The translations under genes were made by a program, and so were the position numbers. Positions 40,173 through 52,184 of a stretch of 64,000 nt of DNA are shown piece after piece (within the stretch, counting starts at the first letter, position 1; each line of letters opens with the position of its first letter). Source of the DNA: Obrimoposthia wandeli (taxonomy: Eukaryota); assembly GCA_977020255.1 (NCBI GenBank), contig CDROCS010000253.1:2418001-2482000 (forward strand), given 5' to 3'. Under the pieces are notes generated by a model, which made no database searches, was not told the DNA's origin, and worked only from the letters and a program-made list of their open reading frames with translations.

Positions 40173-43100
40173 ATGACTACTAGCATGACAGAAAAATCTA
40201 GTGAAGAAATACTCATAGAAGAACCAATCATTTTTGTGCCGCCTAAATTTGTCCATTTACGGGTACATAGTGATTATTCAATGTGTGATGGCTTAAAGAA
40301 AGTTAAGCCGATCATTGCTCGAGCTGTTGAGCTTAATATGCCTGCACTTGCCTTAACAGATCAAACTAACTTGTGCGGTCTTGTGAAATATTATCATGCA
40401 GCCCATGGCGCAGGCATAAAACCTATCATTGGGTGTGACTTTTGGGTTAAAAGTGAGGAGTTAGAGGATGAACTGTCACGTATCGTTGTACTTACTACCA
40501 ACAATATTGGTTATAAAAACATAACGGAACTGATCTCAAAAGCCTACATGCGCGGACATGTACAAAACAAAGCTGTTATCGATAAATCCTGGTTGATTGA
40601 GTATAAAGAAGGGTTGATTATACTTTCCGGTGGTCGTGAAGGTGACATAGGTAAAGCCTTATTAAAAGGTAATACTGAACTTGTTTCAGAAATGGTGAGC
40701 TTTTATCAACAACATTTTGACCGCTGTTTCTTTCTTGAATTAGTCAGAACGGGTCGTGACGATGAAGAAAATTATATCCATCTTGCGGTTGAACTAGCGG
40801 AACAAGAAAATTTGCCAGTAGTTGCCACGAATGAAGTGATGTTCCTTTCACCAGACAACTTCGATGCCCATGAGATCCGTGTTGCGATACATGACGGCTT
40901 TACCTTAGATGATAAACGTCGTCCTAAGCGCTATAGCCCTGAGCAGTATTTACGTAGTGAAGAGGAGATGTGCGAGCTCTTTAGTGATATTCCTGAGGCG
41001 TTAGCTAATAGTGTTGAAATAGCTAAACGTTGTAATGTCACTGTTACGCTAGGTGAATACGTATTACCAGATTTTCCGACAGAAGGTTTGGAAATTAATG
41101 ATTTTTTCATTAAGGTTTCTGAAAAAGGGTTAGAAAAACGACTTGATCAATTATTCGACCGTCAAGCGGATGATTTTGCCCAAATAAGAGCACCTTATGA
41201 TGAGCGATTAAAAATTGAGCTTGAAGTTGTTAATAACATGGGCTTCCCTGGTTATTTCTTGATTGTTATGGAGTTCATCCAGTGGAGTAAAGATAATAAT
41301 ATTCCCGTCGGCCCAGGTCGTGGTTCTGGTGCTGGCTCTCTCGTTGCTTATGCCCTCGATATTACCGATCTTGATCCACTTGAATATGATTTGCTTTTTG
41401 AGCGCTTTTTAAACCCTGAACGTGTATCCATGCCTGATTTCGATATCGATTTCTGTATGGACAGACGTGATGAAGTAATCGACCACGTTGCTGAGCTTTA
41501 TGGTCGTGATGCGGTTTCGCAAATTATTACTTTTGGTACCATGGCGGCAAAAGCGGTTATCCGTGATGTTGGCCGTGTACTTGGTCATCCTTATGGTTTT
41601 GTTGACAGAATTTCAAAACTGATCCCGCCAACGCCAGGTATGACCTTAGCGAAAGCGTTTGAAGAAGAGCCAAAGTTACCTGAGATATACGCACAAGATA
41701 CTGAAGTAAAAGATCTCATTGATATGTGCCGTATTCTTGAAGGCACAACGCGTAATGCGGGTAAACATGCCGGTGGTGTTGTTATATCACCCACCACTAT
41801 TACTGATTTTGCACCACTTTATTGTGATGATGAAGGTAAAAACCCGGTTACCCAGTTTGATAAAAATGATGTAGAAGACGCTGGCTTAGTTAAGTTCGAT
41901 TTCCTTGGATTAAGAACATTAACTATTTTACAGTGGGCCATAGAAATGGCCGATGTGAAATTACTTAAAGCCGGCAAAGAGCCGATTGATATCACCAAGA
42001 TTGATCTTGAAGATAAAGCAAGTTTTAAGTTATTACTTGCCTCGAAAACAACTGCCGTGTTTCAGCTTGAGTCAAGCGGTATGAAGTCTTTAATTGATAA
42101 ATTAAAACCTGATTGCTTTGAAGATATCATCGCACTGGTGGCTTTATTTCGTCCTGGACCTTTACAATCAGGCATGGTTGATAACTTTATTGAACGTAAG
42201 CATGGCCGTGAAGAAGTCAGTTATCCTGATGCCACATGGCAACATGAAGATTTACAACCTGTTCTTGAACCAACTTACGGCATTATCTTGTATCAAGAAC
42301 AAGTTATGCAAATTGCGCAGGTACTTGCTGGTTATTCGCTGGGTGGTGCAGATATGCTTCGCCGTGCGATGGGTAAGAAAAAACCTGAAGAAATGGCTAA
42401 GCAGCGAGCTGGTTTTGAACAAGGCGCGAAAGATCGAGGTGTTGATGGCGAGCTAGCCATGAAGATATTCGATTTGGTTGAAAAATTCGCGGGTTATGGT
42501 TTCAACAAATCGCATTCTGCGGCTTATGCATTGGTATCGTATCAAACGTTATGGATGAAGACGCATTTCCCTGCGCCGTTTTTGGCTGCGGTTATGTCTG
42601 CAGATATGGATAACACTGAAAAAATTGTTACCTTAGTTGATGAGTGTAGCAATATGGACATTGTCTTATTGCCACCTGATGTCAACGGTGGGCAATATAA
42701 ATTTACCGTCAATGATGATGACCAAATTGTTTACGGTATCGGTGCGGTTAAAGGCGTGGGTGAAGGCCCTATTGAAGCTATTATTGCTGCGCGCCTATCG
42801 GGTGGACCTTTTACCGATTTGTTTGATTTTTGTGCACGACTTGACCTTAAAAAAACCAATAAACGTATTTTACAAAAGTTAATTAAATCAGGTGCTATGG
42901 ACAGCCTAGGTCCTAAGTATGTACATGGCTCGGCCAAAGAGCAGGGCGCTAATCGTGCGGCACTCTTTGAAACATTACCTGAAGCAATTAAAGCAGCAGA
43001 GCAACATGCAAAAGCAGAGTCGTTAGGTCAAAATGATTTATTTGGTTTGATTAATGATGAACAAACTGATTCAAGACAAATTTTTAAAGCAGCTAAACCT

Positions 43101-43751
43101 TGGGCTGAAGAGGTGTGGCTTGACGGGGAAAAGGAAACTTTAGGGCTTTATTTAACGGGTCACCCAATTAATCGTTATTTAAGTGAAATAAAAAAATATG
43201 CATCTAGTCGGCTTGTTGGCATGCAGCCTACCGGTCGAGATAGACAAGCAGTCGCCGTTGGTTTAGTCATTGGCGTACGTGTTTTAGTCAATAAACGCGG
43301 GCGTCGCTGGGCATTAGTGACGCTGGATGATAAGAGTGCTCGTATGGATATTCGCCTCTTTCCAGATGACTACGATCGTTTTGCCGAGTTATTGGTAAAT
43401 GATGCTATATTAGTTTGTAGCGGACAGGTCAGTTTTGATGATTATTCTGGTGGTAATACAATGACCGCTCGGGATATAATGACAATCACTGACGCGCGAG
43501 AAAATTATCTTAGCTCCATTGATATTCAAGTTGATAACAGCTTGATAGCAGATGATTTTATCGAACAGTTTACTCAGGTATTGACACCTTTTAAAGAAGG
43601 TACCTGTCCAGTGAGAGTTTTTTATCAGCGTGAAGAAGCCCAAGCTATGCTTGAGTTAGGCGTACAATGGCGAGTAACGCCAGCCGATATGTTACTATAC
43701 GAATTAAAAACATTGCTTGGTGATGAACACGTCGCCATGCAATTTAAATAA
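40173..43751 (+). CDS. dnaE: DNA polymerase III alpha subunit
   Basis: PHP domain (HLRVHSDYS), [31 protein letters not shown]; no intein seen. Confidence 0.99.
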   Translation: MTTSMTEKSSEEILIEEPIIFVPPKFVHLRVHSDYSMCDGLKKVKPIIARAVELNMPALALTDQTNLCGLVKYYHAAHGAGIKPIIGCDFWVKSEELEDELSRIVVLTTNNIGYKNITELISKAYMRGHVQNKAVIDKSWLIEYKEGLIILSGGREGDIGKALLKGNTELVSEMVSFYQQHFDRCFFLELVRTGRDDEENYIHLAVELAEQENLPVVATNEVMFLSPDNFDAHEIRVAIHDGFTLDDKRRPKRYSPEQYLRSEEEMCELFSDIPEALANSVEIAKRCNVTVTLGEYVLPDFPTEGLEINDFFIKVSEKGLEKRLDQLFDRQADDFAQIRAPYDERLKIELEVVNNMGFPGYFLIVMEFIQWSKDNNIPVGPGRGSGAGSLVAYALDITDLDPLEYDLLFERFLNPERVSMPDFDIDFCMDRRDEVIDHVAELYGRDAVSQIITFGTMAAKAVIRDVGRVLGHPYGFVDRISKLIPPTPGMTLAKAFEEEPKLPEIYAQDTEVKDLIDMCRILEGTTRNAGKHAGGVVISPTTITDFAPLYCDDEGKNPVTQFDKNDVEDAGLVKFDFLGLRTLTILQWAIEMADVKLLKAGKEPIDITKIDLEDKASFKLLLASKTTAVFQLESSGMKSLIDKLKPDCFEDIIALVALFRPGPLQSGMVDNFIERKHGREEVSYPDATWQHEDLQPVLEPTYGIILYQEQVMQIAQVLAGYSLGGADMLRRAMGKKKPEEMAKQRAGFEQGAKDRGVDGELAMKIFDLVEKFAGYGFNKSHSAAYALVSYQTLWMKTHFPAPFLAAVMSADMDNTEKIVTLVDECSNMDIVLLPPDVNGGQYKFTVNDDDQIVYGIGAVKGVGEGPIEAIIAARLSGGPFTDLFDFCARLDLKKTNKRILQKLIKSGAMDSLGPKYVHGSAKEQGANRAALFETLPEAIKAAEQHAKAESLGQNDLFGLINDEQTDSRQIFKAAKPWAEEVWLDGEKETLGLYLTGHPINRYLSEIKKYASSRLVGMQPTGRDRQAVAVGLVIGVRVLVNKRGRRWALVTLDDKSARMDIRLFPDDYDRFAELLVNDAILVCSGQVSFDDYSGGNTMTARDIMTITDARENYLSSIDIQVDNSLIADDFIEQFTQVLTPFKEGTCPVRVFYQREEAQAMLELGVQWRVTPADMLLYELKTLLGDEHVAMQFK

Positions 43752-43911
43752 TACCATTTGGACTAGCTAAGGTTACAGAATTCAATGAGATTAAATTTTC
43801 AAGAACAAGACGCTTTATTGAGTAATAGCTAGCTATTAGGACTGAAAGCAACGACGTTATTGGATATTTAGGCCATTTGAAAATGACCACTTAGTTAGTG
43901 CAATTGGTATA
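43750..43911. mobile_element. MITE family B (162 bp) abutting the dnaE stop codon
   Basis: Left end AATACCATTTGGACTAGCTAAG; reverse complement of the right end TATACCAATTGCACTAACTAAG. These ~22-bp imperfect TIRs are unrelated to family A beyond TATACC. Single copy in this window. Confidence 0.6.
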
Positions 43912-44046
43912 ACAACTGCTTAGCTTAAGATATTGAGTCAGAGTGCTTTATTTAAAGTATTACTTAAGGTACTAAACTCAAGGTATTTTGGTTAAGTAGT
44001 GAAAATAATTTTAAAAAATTAACTAGATTTATTAGGTAAAATAAGT

Positions 44047-45003
44047 ATGTCATTAAACTTTTTAGATTTCGAGCAGCCTATTGCTGAACTTGATGCAAAA
44101 ATAGAAGAGCTACAGTTAGTCAATAACGGCCAAGAGCTTGATCTTGATATAGAAGATCAAATCTCACAATTACGCGAAAAAAACAAAGAGCAAACTAAGA
44201 AAATTTTTGCCAATTTAGATCCATGGCAAACAGCGCGAGTGGCTCGCCATCCTCAACGCCCATATACACTAGATTATATACCGCGTATTTTTACCGAGTT
44301 TGATGAGTTAGCCGGTGATCGTGCTTATGCTAATGACAGTGCTATTGTTGGTGGTACAGCACGTTTAGACGGCAAAGCTGTTATGATCATAGGTCATCAA
44401 AAAGGTCGTTCAACCGCTGAAAAAGTTAAGCGTAACTTTGGGATGCCTCGCCCTGAAGGTTACCGTAAAGCGTTACGTTTAATGGAGATGGCTGAACGTT
44501 TTAATATGCCAATCATCACCTTTATCGACACTCCTGGTGCTTACCCTGGTGTTGGCGCAGAAGAACGTGGACAAAGTGAAGCGATTGCTCGTAACTTAAA
44601 AGTGATGGCACGTTTAACCGTACCTATTATTTGTACCGTTATTGGTGAAGGCGGATCGGGTGGTGCATTAGCCATTGGTGTTGGCGATAGAGTTAATATG
44701 CTGCAATATGCAACCTACTCAGTAATTTCACCTGAAGGTTGTGCTTCTATTTTATGGAAAACAGCTGAAAAAGCGCCTACAGCAGCAGCAGCAATGGGCA
44801 TTACCGCGCATCGCATCAAAGAGCTAGATTTAATTAATAGCATTGTTGAAGAGCCATTAGGCGGAGCACATCGTGACATGGATATTATGGCTGCGCAGCT
44901 TAAGCAAGCTATCAAAAAAGATCTAACAGACTTAGAGGGCTTAAGTAAAGATGAGCTTATCGAGAGTCGTTACGATAGATTAATGTCATTTGGTTACTGC
45001 TAA
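44047..45003 (+). CDS. accA: Acetyl-CoA carboxylase carboxyltransferase alpha
   Basis: [40 protein letters not shown]. Confidence 0.99.
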   Translation: MSLNFLDFEQPIAELDAKIEELQLVNNGQELDLDIEDQISQLREKNKEQTKKIFANLDPWQTARVARHPQRPYTLDYIPRIFTEFDELAGDRAYANDSAIVGGTARLDGKAVMIIGHQKGRSTAEKVKRNFGMPRPEGYRKALRLMEMAERFNMPIITFIDTPGAYPGVGAEERGQSEAIARNLKVMARLTVPIICTVIGEGGSGGALAIGVGDRVNMLQYATYSVISPEGCASILWKTAEKAPTAAAAMGITAHRIKELDLINSIVEEPLGGAHRDMDIMAAQLKQAIKKDLTDLEGLSKDELIESRYDRLMSFGYC

Positions 45004-45077
45004 ACCATACCTTCAGACAGCCGCAAAATTAGTGTCAAAATATACCGTCGACAGTTTATTACTGTCGGCTTTTTTCT

Positions 45078-46448
45078 ATGAATAAACTCACGTCAACCCT
45101 TTATAATACCCTCAAGACCCTTTTCGTTACACACGGAAATATCGAGTTAATTATTGCCTATAGTGGTGGTATCGACTCACAGGTGCTCTTACATGCTTTA
45201 GCTCAATTAAAGCAAAATAAACTTATCAGTAATAAAATTACGGTCTGTCATGTTAACCATGGTTTGAGTAAAAATGCCAAAGATTGGCAAGAGTTTGCTA
45301 AACAAGAATGCACTAAACTGTCAGTTAACCTTGTTGTTAAAAGCGTTAATGTGCAATCAAAAGCACAAGAGTCACTGGAAGCACTGGCGCGCGACGCTAG
45401 ATACCATGCCTTGAAAACATTAAGGGACAACAAGTCTTTAGTGTTAACTGGTCATCACAGTGATGATCAAAGTGAGACCTTTTTATTAGCACTTAAACGC
45501 GGTGCAGGTTTAAAAGGGTTATCGGCAATGTCAGTACAAACGTCGCTTGGTAAGCATTTATTAGTTCGTCCTTTACTGAACGTTGCTCGCCAAGATATTG
45601 AAGCTTATGCTAAAGCGCATCAACTTAGCTGGGTAGAAGATGAATCAAACCTTGATACGTGTTTTGATCGTAACTTTATTAGACAGCAAATAATGCCACT
45701 GTTACGTGAACGTTGGCCGAGTATTAATAGCACTATTAATCGTAGCGCTAGCCATTGCTTAGCAGGGCAAGAGTTATTAGATGAACTTGCCGAGGAAGAC
45801 TTAATAAGCTGTAAAGCGACTGACACAAGTTTATATACGCAGGTGTTAAAAGCATTCTCCCCAGCCCGATTTAATAATGTCATTCGTTTTTTTTTGGCGC
45901 AGAAAAATTACCTTATGCCCAGTACTGAGCAATTAAAGCAAGTAAGACAACAACTACAGGCAAGTGAAGACAAAACGCCTCAAATTAAAGTAGGGCAGTG
46001 TGTTTTTCGCCGCTTTAAAGAACAGCTATTCCTAACATCTGATTATAAAGATATTAGCGACTGGCAGAGAGAGGTCGACTTATCCGAAGGGGCTATCGTA
46101 CTTGAGTTACCTGATGACTTAGGTAAGTTAACGTTTAATAACCAGCTATCTCAAGAGCATGCTTTCCCTCTCATTTGTTTACCAGCAGTAGGGCAAAAGG
46201 TGAGTGTGCGGTTTAGTCATAACAATCCTAAGTGTTTGCCTGATTTTAGGCTACACTCACGTAGTTTGAAGAAGGTTTTACAAGAACTTAATGTAGAGCC
46301 ATGGCGACGTAAGCGTATTGCCTTTTTGTATTACGATAATGAACTAGTTGCCGCGATAGGACATTTTATTTGTAAACCTTTCATGGTAAATGACGCTGAA
46401 CTAGGCTTGCATGTGAGTCAAGCTAGTTTAATTAGTGGTATTGATTAG
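45078..46448 (+). CDS. tilS: tRNA(Ile)-lysidine synthetase
   Basis: AYSGGIDS PP-loop, HVNHGL, ARDARY, GHHSDDQSET, VRPLL, WVEDESN. Confidence 0.97.
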   Translation: MNKLTSTLYNTLKTLFVTHGNIELIIAYSGGIDSQVLLHALAQLKQNKLISNKITVCHVNHGLSKNAKDWQEFAKQECTKLSVNLVVKSVNVQSKAQESLEALARDARYHALKTLRDNKSLVLTGHHSDDQSETFLLALKRGAGLKGLSAMSVQTSLGKHLLVRPLLNVARQDIEAYAKAHQLSWVEDESNLDTCFDRNFIRQQIMPLLRERWPSINSTINRSASHCLAGQELLDELAEEDLISCKATDTSLYTQVLKAFSPARFNNVIRFFLAQKNYLMPSTEQLKQVRQQLQASEDKTPQIKVGQCVFRRFKEQLFLTSDYKDISDWQREVDLSEGAIVLELPDDLGKLTFNNQLSQEHAFPLICLPAVGQKVSVRFSHNNPKCLPDFRLHSRSLKKVLQELNVEPWRRKRIAFLYYDNELVAAIGHFICKPFMVNDAELGLHVSQASLISGID

Positions 46449-46523
46449 ATGCACTGATAGCATGAGTCGTCTTTAGACAAATATAGAATTAGCGTTAACA
46501 GTTGAAATAAAATAGATTCAAAT

Positions 46524-46563
46524 AAAAAGGCAGCTAATACAAATGGTATTAGCTGCCTTTTTT
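46524..46563. terminator. Bidirectional terminator between tilS and sstT
   Basis: AAAAAGGCAGCTAATAC-AAATG-GTATTAGCTGCCTTTTT. Confidence 0.9.
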
Positions 46564-46615
46564 ATTGCTTTTAAATAGGACCTAATAGACTGAATAGAGG
46601 GCCTATATTAGAACG

Positions 46616-47842
46616 CTAGTCTTTGGTTATATGGTGTGATGCAGCAGCTGAAAATACTACATCAGTTGAACTATTCAAAGCCGTTTCAGCTGAGTCTTGG
46701 ATAACACCAATAATAAAGCCAATAGCAACAACCTGCATCGCTACATCATTATTAATACCGAATAAACTACAGGCCAATGGAATGAGTAATAGTGAACCTC
46801 CAGCGACACCAGAGGCACCACAAGCTGAAATAGAAGCCACCACCGACAATAAAATAGCAGTAGCAAAGCTAACTTCAATATTTAAGCTATAGGCCGCAGC
46901 CAAGGTCAATACGGTAATCGTAATAGCCGCACCTGCCATGTTAATCGTAGCGCCTAGTGGAATCGAAACAGAGTAGGTATCTTCATGTAAATCTAACTTC
47001 TTACACAAAGCCATATTGACAGGAATGTTTGCCGCTGAGCTACGGGTGAAAAATGCGGTAATACCCGATTCTCTAAGGCAAGTGAGCACTAAAGGATAAG
47101 GGTTTTTCTTAGTGATGATAAAAACAATTAACGGGTTAACGATTAAAGCAATGATTAACATTGCGCTAAGTAGTACGGCAACCAAATGACTATATTCACC
47201 TAAGGCGCTAAAGCCTGTAGTAGCTATTGTATTAGCGACTAAACCAAAGATACCCAGAGGTGCAAAACGTATTACGATGCGCACAATACTAGAAATAGCT
47301 TCGCTTAAATCATGTACCATAACCTTGCTTGATTCACTGGCATGTTTTAATGAAAATCCTAAACCTAATCCCCAAGCAAGTACTGCAATGAAGTTACCGC
47401 TAGCCACTGCGGTCACTGGATTTTCAACAACTTTAAAAGCCAGCGTAGCCAATACTTCAGTCAATTTTTGTGGTGGATTCGCACTAGCACCAGCAAGGTC
47501 TAGGGTAAGCTCAGTAGGAAAAGCGAAACTTAATAACACGGCAACAAAAGCTGCACTTAAGGTACCGATAAAATATAAGCTAACAATAGGTTTTAACTCA
47601 GCACTGCTATCTGTTTTTTGGTTAGCTATTGCTGAAGTAACCAATACCAGCACTAGAATAGGTGCAACTGCTTTTAAAGCGCTAACAAATAAGCTGCCGA
47701 GCATACCAAATGTTTTGGCGGATTCTGGTGATATTATTGCGAGTAAGCTCGCTAACATAATAGCGACAACTATTTGGCTCACCAAACTGGTTGACTTTAT
47801 TTTTCGAATAAAAGATGTGTTATGGGTATTTTCGCTCGTCAT
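46616..47842 (-). CDS. sstT: Serine/threonine:Na+ symporter
   Basis: [55 protein letters not shown]. Confidence 0.97.
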   Translation of the reverse strand: MTSENTHNTSFIRKIKSTSLVSQIVVAIMLASLLAIISPESAKTFGMLGSLFVSALKAVAPILVLVLVTSAIANQKTDSSAELKPIVSLYFIGTLSAAFVAVLLSFAFPTELTLDLAGASANPPQKLTEVLATLAFKVVENPVTAVASGNFIAVLAWGLGLGFSLKHASESSKVMVHDLSEAISSIVRIVIRFAPLGIFGLVANTIATTGFSALGEYSHLVAVLLSAMLIIALIVNPLIVFIITKKNPYPLVLTCLRESGITAFFTRSSAANIPVNMALCKKLDLHEDTYSVSIPLGATINMAGAAITITVLTLAAAYSLNIEVSFATAILLSVVASISACGASGVAGGSLLLIPLACSLFGINNDVAMQVVAIGFIIGVIQDSAETALNSSTDVVFSAAASHHITKD

Positions 47843-48021
47843 AGTTAAGCCTGTTACTGAGGTGTTTTATTATGAGCTCGTTTTATCATTGAAGAATAGG
47901 TATTGTCTAGAGCTATTCACTAAACCGGTAGAATTAACCGTTAAAGCGAGTTTTTTCATAGAAATATAAGATGAGGCGAGTATAATTACGCCATTAAAGT
48001 AACGATCCTTTTGGAAAAACT

Positions 48022-48591
48022 ATGCCTACAGAACAAGCATTAAAAAACCGTAGCAATAACAGCTGTGAACTTTGTACCAGTACAGAAACGTTGGCAGTAT
48101 TTCCTGTACCACCAACCAGTGATTTAAGTGCTCAGCAGTCTATTTATCTCTGTCAAAATTGTTTATCGCAAATCGAAGGGCAAAGTGAGTTAGACCTTAA
48201 TCACTGGCGTTGTTTAAATGATAGTATGTGGAATCAAGAGCCAGCGGTGCAAGTTATGTCTTATCGTATGCTGCACAAGCTTTCTTCTGAAAGTTGGGCT
48301 CAAGATGCTTTAGATATGATTTACTTAGAAGATGAAGTTAAAACGTGGGCAGAGCAGGGCTTAGCTGCAGAACGTAGAGATGGACCAACGCGCGATAGCA
48401 ATGGTGCAGAGTTACAAGATGGCGACAATGTCACTTTGATTAAAGATTTAAAAGTTAAAGGCGCAAACTTTACCGCCAAGCAAGGTACCATGGTACGAGG
48501 TATTACTTTAACAGATAACCCTGAGCATATCGAAGGCAAAGTTAATGGTACTCGTATTGTCTTGGTATCAGCTTACTTGAAAAAAGCATAA
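48022..48591 (+). CDS. phnA: PhnA-domain zinc-ribbon protein
   Basis: N-terminal CELC...CQNC; C-terminal DSNGAELQDGDNVTLIKDLKVKG PhnA domain. Confidence 0.85.
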   Translation: MPTEQALKNRSNNSCELCTSTETLAVFPVPPTSDLSAQQSIYLCQNCLSQIEGQSELDLNHWRCLNDSMWNQEPAVQVMSYRMLHKLSSESWAQDALDMIYLEDEVKTWAEQGLAAERRDGPTRDSNGAELQDGDNVTLIKDLKVKGANFTAKQGTMVRGITLTDNPEHIEGKVNGTRIVLVSAYLKKA

Positions 48592-48656
48592 GTAATATCA
48601 GACTTGCTTTTAAGTTTTATTACACATTAAAGCTAACGTATTAAAACTTAGACATT

Positions 48657-48692
48657 AAAAAACGCTGTGATATTGCTATCACAGCGTTTTTT
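48657..48692. terminator. Bidirectional terminator between phnA and fur
   Basis: AAAAAACGCTGTGATA-TTGC-TATCACAGCGTTTTTT. Confidence 0.9.
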
Positions 48693-48739
48693 ATAAGACT
48701 AAAAGAATAAAGCTTTAAAGCAAGCTGATTTAAGCGCCT

Positions 48740-49183
48740 TTATTGATTCTTTTTTCTATAGGTTTCACAAGCAACTTCATCTTCACATTCACCGTAAAGG
48801 TATAAACTGTGGTTGGTTAGCTTAATTTTATGTGCCACGGCAATATCACTTTGTCTTTGCTCAATGACATTATCTTCAAACTCGACAACTTTACCGCACT
48901 TTAAACAAACCAAATGGTCGTGGTGGGCTTTATGTGCTAATTCAAATACTGATTTACCCCCTTCAAAATGGTGACGGGTAACAATACCAGCATCATCAAA
49001 TTGGTTTAATACTCGGTATACGGTTGCTAAGCCAATTTCTTCATTCTGCTCTAATAATAACTTATAAACATCTTCTGCGCTGATATGCTGATTATTTGGC
49101 TGTTGAAGAATACAAAGGATCTTTATTCTAGGCAGGGTGATTTTTAATCCAGCTCTTTTAAGCTCTTCGTTTTGTTCAGCCAT
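48740..49183 (-). CDS. fur: Ferric uptake regulator
   Basis: AGLKITLPRIKIL, GLATVYRVL, HHDHLVCLKCG. Confidence 0.98.
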   Translation of the reverse strand: MAEQNEELKRAGLKITLPRIKILCILQQPNNQHISAEDVYKLLLEQNEEIGLATVYRVLNQFDDAGIVTRHHFEGGKSVFELAHKAHHDHLVCLKCGKVVEFEDNVIEQRQSDIAVAHKIKLTNHSLYLYGECEDEVACETYRKKNQ

Positions 49184-49299
49184 ATTAAGTCTCTAAAGTG
49201 ATTAAGTAATTTAATAACAAAATTATAGGGGGTTATCGATAAAGAGAAAAGCTTTAGTTTTATTCTTTGAAGAAATTGTTCGCTTTGGCGGAAAATGCT

Positions 49300-49328
49300 A
49301 AAAAAAAAGCCCAAATAATGGGCTTTTT
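49300..49328 (-). terminator. Terminator after fldA
   Basis: AAAAAGCCCA-AATAA-TGGGCTTTTT with a long A-run on the left (T-run on the minus strand). Confidence 0.8.
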
Positions 49329-49357
49329 CTGCTATAACCTTGGCTAAAACAAGGTTA

Positions 49358-49882
49358 TTAGGCGAATTCGGCTAAACACATTTCATCATTTAATTGCGCA
49401 AGCCATTTATCTACACGCGCTTCAGTTAGCTCACTTTGTCTGTCTTCATCAATACATAAACCAATAAAAGTATTTTCATTGACAAGGGCTTTTGACGCTT
49501 CAAACTCATAACCGTCGGTTGACCAGTTACCAACAACGATGGCACCTTTACTCTCAACGATATCGCGTAATGGCTCCATAGCGTCACAAAAGTATTCAGC
49601 GTAATCTTCTTGGTCGCCTAAGCCAAAGATAGCTACTAATTTATCAGTAAAATCTATTGCTTCTAAATCAGGTAAAAAATCATCCCAATCACATTGGTTT
49701 TCGCCGTAATACCAGGTAGGGATGCCTAAAATAAGTAAATCGAATTCTGCGATTTCCTCTTTAGTGCTCTTGGCGATGTCTTTGACTTCAACCATTTGCT
49801 TACCTAGTTTTTTCTGGATCATTTTACCAATTGCTTCAGTGTTACCTGTATCACTGCCGAAGAATAAACCTACGATTGCCAT
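49358..49882 (-). CDS. fldA: Flavodoxin 1
   Basis: GLFFGSDTGNTE, GIPTWYYGE, FGLGDQEDYAEYFCDA. Confidence 0.97.
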   Translation of the reverse strand: MAIVGLFFGSDTGNTEAIGKMIQKKLGKQMVEVKDIAKSTKEEIAEFDLLILGIPTWYYGENQCDWDDFLPDLEAIDFTDKLVAIFGLGDQEDYAEYFCDAMEPLRDIVESKGAIVVGNWSTDGYEFEASKALVNENTFIGLCIDEDRQSELTEARVDKWLAQLNDEMCLAEFA

Positions 49883-49908
49883 GAAATATACCTTATTGTG
49901 CTTTCATA

Positions 49909-50190
49909 TTACTTAATGTGTACTGCTAATGACTCTATTAACAGCGACTCTATTAATTCGCTCCGACTCATTTGTTGAGTTTCAGCTAACTGTTCTAATT
50001 GTTCGAATAAACTGTGATGGACTTTAAACTCTACGCGTTTTAAGCCATTGTTTTTATCACGCTTTACCTGATTTCGTTTATTAATCTTTATTTGTACGCT
50101 ACGCGAGTTAGGATTTGTTTTCGGACGACCAGGACGCTTTTCATCGCTAAATAGGTCAATAGTGGTTAAGTCAGTAATTTCTTTTGCCAT
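49909..50190 (-). CDS. ybfE: YbfE-family ribbon-helix-helix protein
   Basis: MAKEITDLTTIDLFSDEKRPGRPKTNP start and RHH-like C-terminus; syntenic with fldA. Confidence 0.9.
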   Translation of the reverse strand: MAKEITDLTTIDLFSDEKRPGRPKTNPNSRSVQIKINKRNQVKRDKNNGLKRVEFKVHHSLFEQLEQLAETQQMSRSELIESLLIESLAVHIK

Positions 50191-50193
50191 GAG

Positions 50194-50415
50194 TTAACCG
50201 ACACCCTGACTTTCCCAGATAAACTGAATAATACCTTTAGCAATAAAGCCTGCACAGCCAAAAAATAAAACAAAATAAATAACCACTTTACCCATTTTCG
50301 GCACATCGTTTTTATTCATCACATCATGAATAGACAGACCGATGAAACCAAAGATAAAAAGGAAAAATAAATTAAGGCCAATTGCCTCAATAAGCTCTAA
50401 ATGTTCTGCTAGCAT
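50194..50415 (-). CDS. Small membrane protein, DUF2788 family
   Basis: Two TM helices with MNKNDVPKMGK loop; start moved to MLAEHLE at 50415. Confidence 0.7.
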   Translation of the reverse strand: MLAEHLELIEAIGLNLFFLFIFGFIGLSIHDVMNKNDVPKMGKVVIYFVLFFGCAGFIAKGIIQFIWESQGVG

Positions 50416-50614
50416 AGTGGTTGCTTGTTTCTTATACACTAAGGCCAAATAACACTAAGGCCGAAAAATTGGCCGCATTGTAACATATCATTTGCGCCAT
50501 ACCATTAGCATTTTTAGCTAATAGGAAAATAATAATAGCGTTTGTTGTTATTAAGCATTTTGATCTTTATCAATGATAGTCCAAGTCGACAGATATAATT
50601 CGCTTCTCGGCTAC

Positions 50615-51403
50615 TTAGTTTTTAATAAAATCGGCGACAATTTTATTAAAGGCAATAGTCTTTTCAGCATGGAGCCAATGTCCCGTACCTTGAATGATTT
50701 TTGCTTTGCTATTGGGTAAAAGTACAGCAATAGCTTCTTTATGTTCAGGTAAAATATAATCAGAATTCCCTCCCTTGATAAACAAAGTTGGTCCAGTATA
50801 AGCATTTTTATTGGCCGGTATTTTATTCGCTTTCATTATTTGTGGGTAACATAGGCTAATATCGGCCAGACTGCATTTAAAGGTAAACTTACCTTGTGAT
50901 TTTACTGCTAAGTTGCGTAATAAAAATTGTCTGACGCCCATGTTATCGACAAAGGGAGCTAGTTGCGTATCTGCATCTTTTCGTGTCATAACTTGCGATA
51001 AATCGATAGCTTGTAAACCTTCAAGGATTCTTAAATGATGCGGTGGGTAACTAACGGGTGCAATATCAGCTACCAGTAACTTTGTAATACGCTGTGGCTG
51101 CTCTAATGCGACTTGAATGGCAATTTTACCGCCCATTGAATGGCCGAGTAATAGGCAAGTATCAATGTTTAAATGATCTAACAAGTTGATAATATCTTGC
51201 GCTAATTCAGAGTACTCCATGGTGCTAGCATGAAATGAATCACCATGATTTCTAACGTCGACACTGGTAACGCAATAGTCTTGGGCTAAAGGTTTTGCCA
51301 CCATATTCAGGTTTTCTAAACTACCAAATAAACCATGTATCAGTACTATGTGTTTACCAGTACCCATTTGTTTATAATTAAGGATTTTAGGATGTTTTGT
51401 CAT
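50615..51403 (-). CDS. ybfF: Alpha/beta-hydrolase esterase YbfF
   Basis: HGLFGSLENL, DVRNHG, GHSMGGK nucleophile motif, GHWLHAEK; divergent from seqA. Confidence 0.93.
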   Translation of the reverse strand: MTKHPKILNYKQMGTGKHIVLIHGLFGSLENLNMVAKPLAQDYCVTSVDVRNHGDSFHASTMEYSELAQDIINLLDHLNIDTCLLLGHSMGGKIAIQVALEQPQRITKLLVADIAPVSYPPHHLRILEGLQAIDLSQVMTRKDADTQLAPFVDNMGVRQFLLRNLAVKSQGKFTFKCSLADISLCYPQIMKANKIPANKNAYTGPTLFIKGGNSDYILPEHKEAIAVLLPNSKAKIIQGTGHWLHAEKTIAFNKIVADFIKN

Positions 51404-51537
51404 TATTTAATTCATTTTTATTTGGCTATCATTGACAATATTGTCATGTTTTTAACAACTATTTGCAAATAAATGAGTTCAACCGACTGTCATTTCCCTA
51501 TATAATCTTCCGCGAATTATTTAAGTTAAGGGTAACA

Positions 51538-52131
51538 ATGAAAAACATCGAAATAGATGAAGAGCTTTATCATTATATTGCCACCAATACTCAGTTTATT
51601 GGTGAAAGTGCTTCTGCCATTTTACGTCGTTTGCTAAATTTAGGTGTAGAAGTCCAGCTTGAAACCGTTACCGTTAACGAACCTTCAGATAGGGTTGAAG
51701 TGAGTATACTTCCTGAGCCAGAAGAGCAAGTTGAAGCTGCTGAGCTTGAAAAGCCAAAAAGTAAAGCCGTTGTTAAAGTTATCTCTGAGCGTCATGAAAC
51801 AGTGTTTAATTTTATTAATAAAGAAGAGTTGGCAATGCAACGTGGTGCAGTGGGACGCTTCTTATTAATTCTTGCGGCATTATATCGTGCTCACCCTGAG
51901 CAGTTTGGTGTGGTCACTGAGATAAGTGGTCGAGACCGATTATATTTTGCTCATAGTGAAAGTAAATTGGCAGAAAGTGGTAGTAGTACTAAACCTCGCC
52001 AAATACCAGAAAGTCCTTTTTGGGTGATAACTAATTCTAACACCACACGTAAAAAAATGATGTTAACTAAAGCCTCAATTTCATTGGGTTATAGTGACAG
52101 TGATGTAGAAAAAATTCGTGAGTTACTTTAG
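51538..52131 (+). CDS. seqA: Replication initiation negative regulator SeqA
   Basis: [15 protein letters not shown]...[14 protein letters not shown]-domain; GRDRLYFA and [12 protein letters not shown]-domain; start moved to the ATG at 51538. Confidence 0.96.
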   Translation: MKNIEIDEELYHYIATNTQFIGESASAILRRLLNLGVEVQLETVTVNEPSDRVEVSILPEPEEQVEAAELEKPKSKAVVKVISERHETVFNFINKEELAMQRGAVGRFLLILAALYRAHPEQFGVVTEISGRDRLYFAHSESKLAESGSSTKPRQIPESPFWVITNSNTTRKKMMLTKASISLGYSDSDVEKIRELL

Positions 52132-52184
52132 TATTTAATATGGAAGTGACATTAGCTAATACTGATAATAATTAGGAAGATGAT

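Noticed and set aside
50191-50460. LexA box expected upstream of ybfE (LexA-regulated in E. coli)
   Set aside because: No CTGT-N8-ACAG found; ybfE starts 3 bp after DUF2788 and appears co-transcribed.
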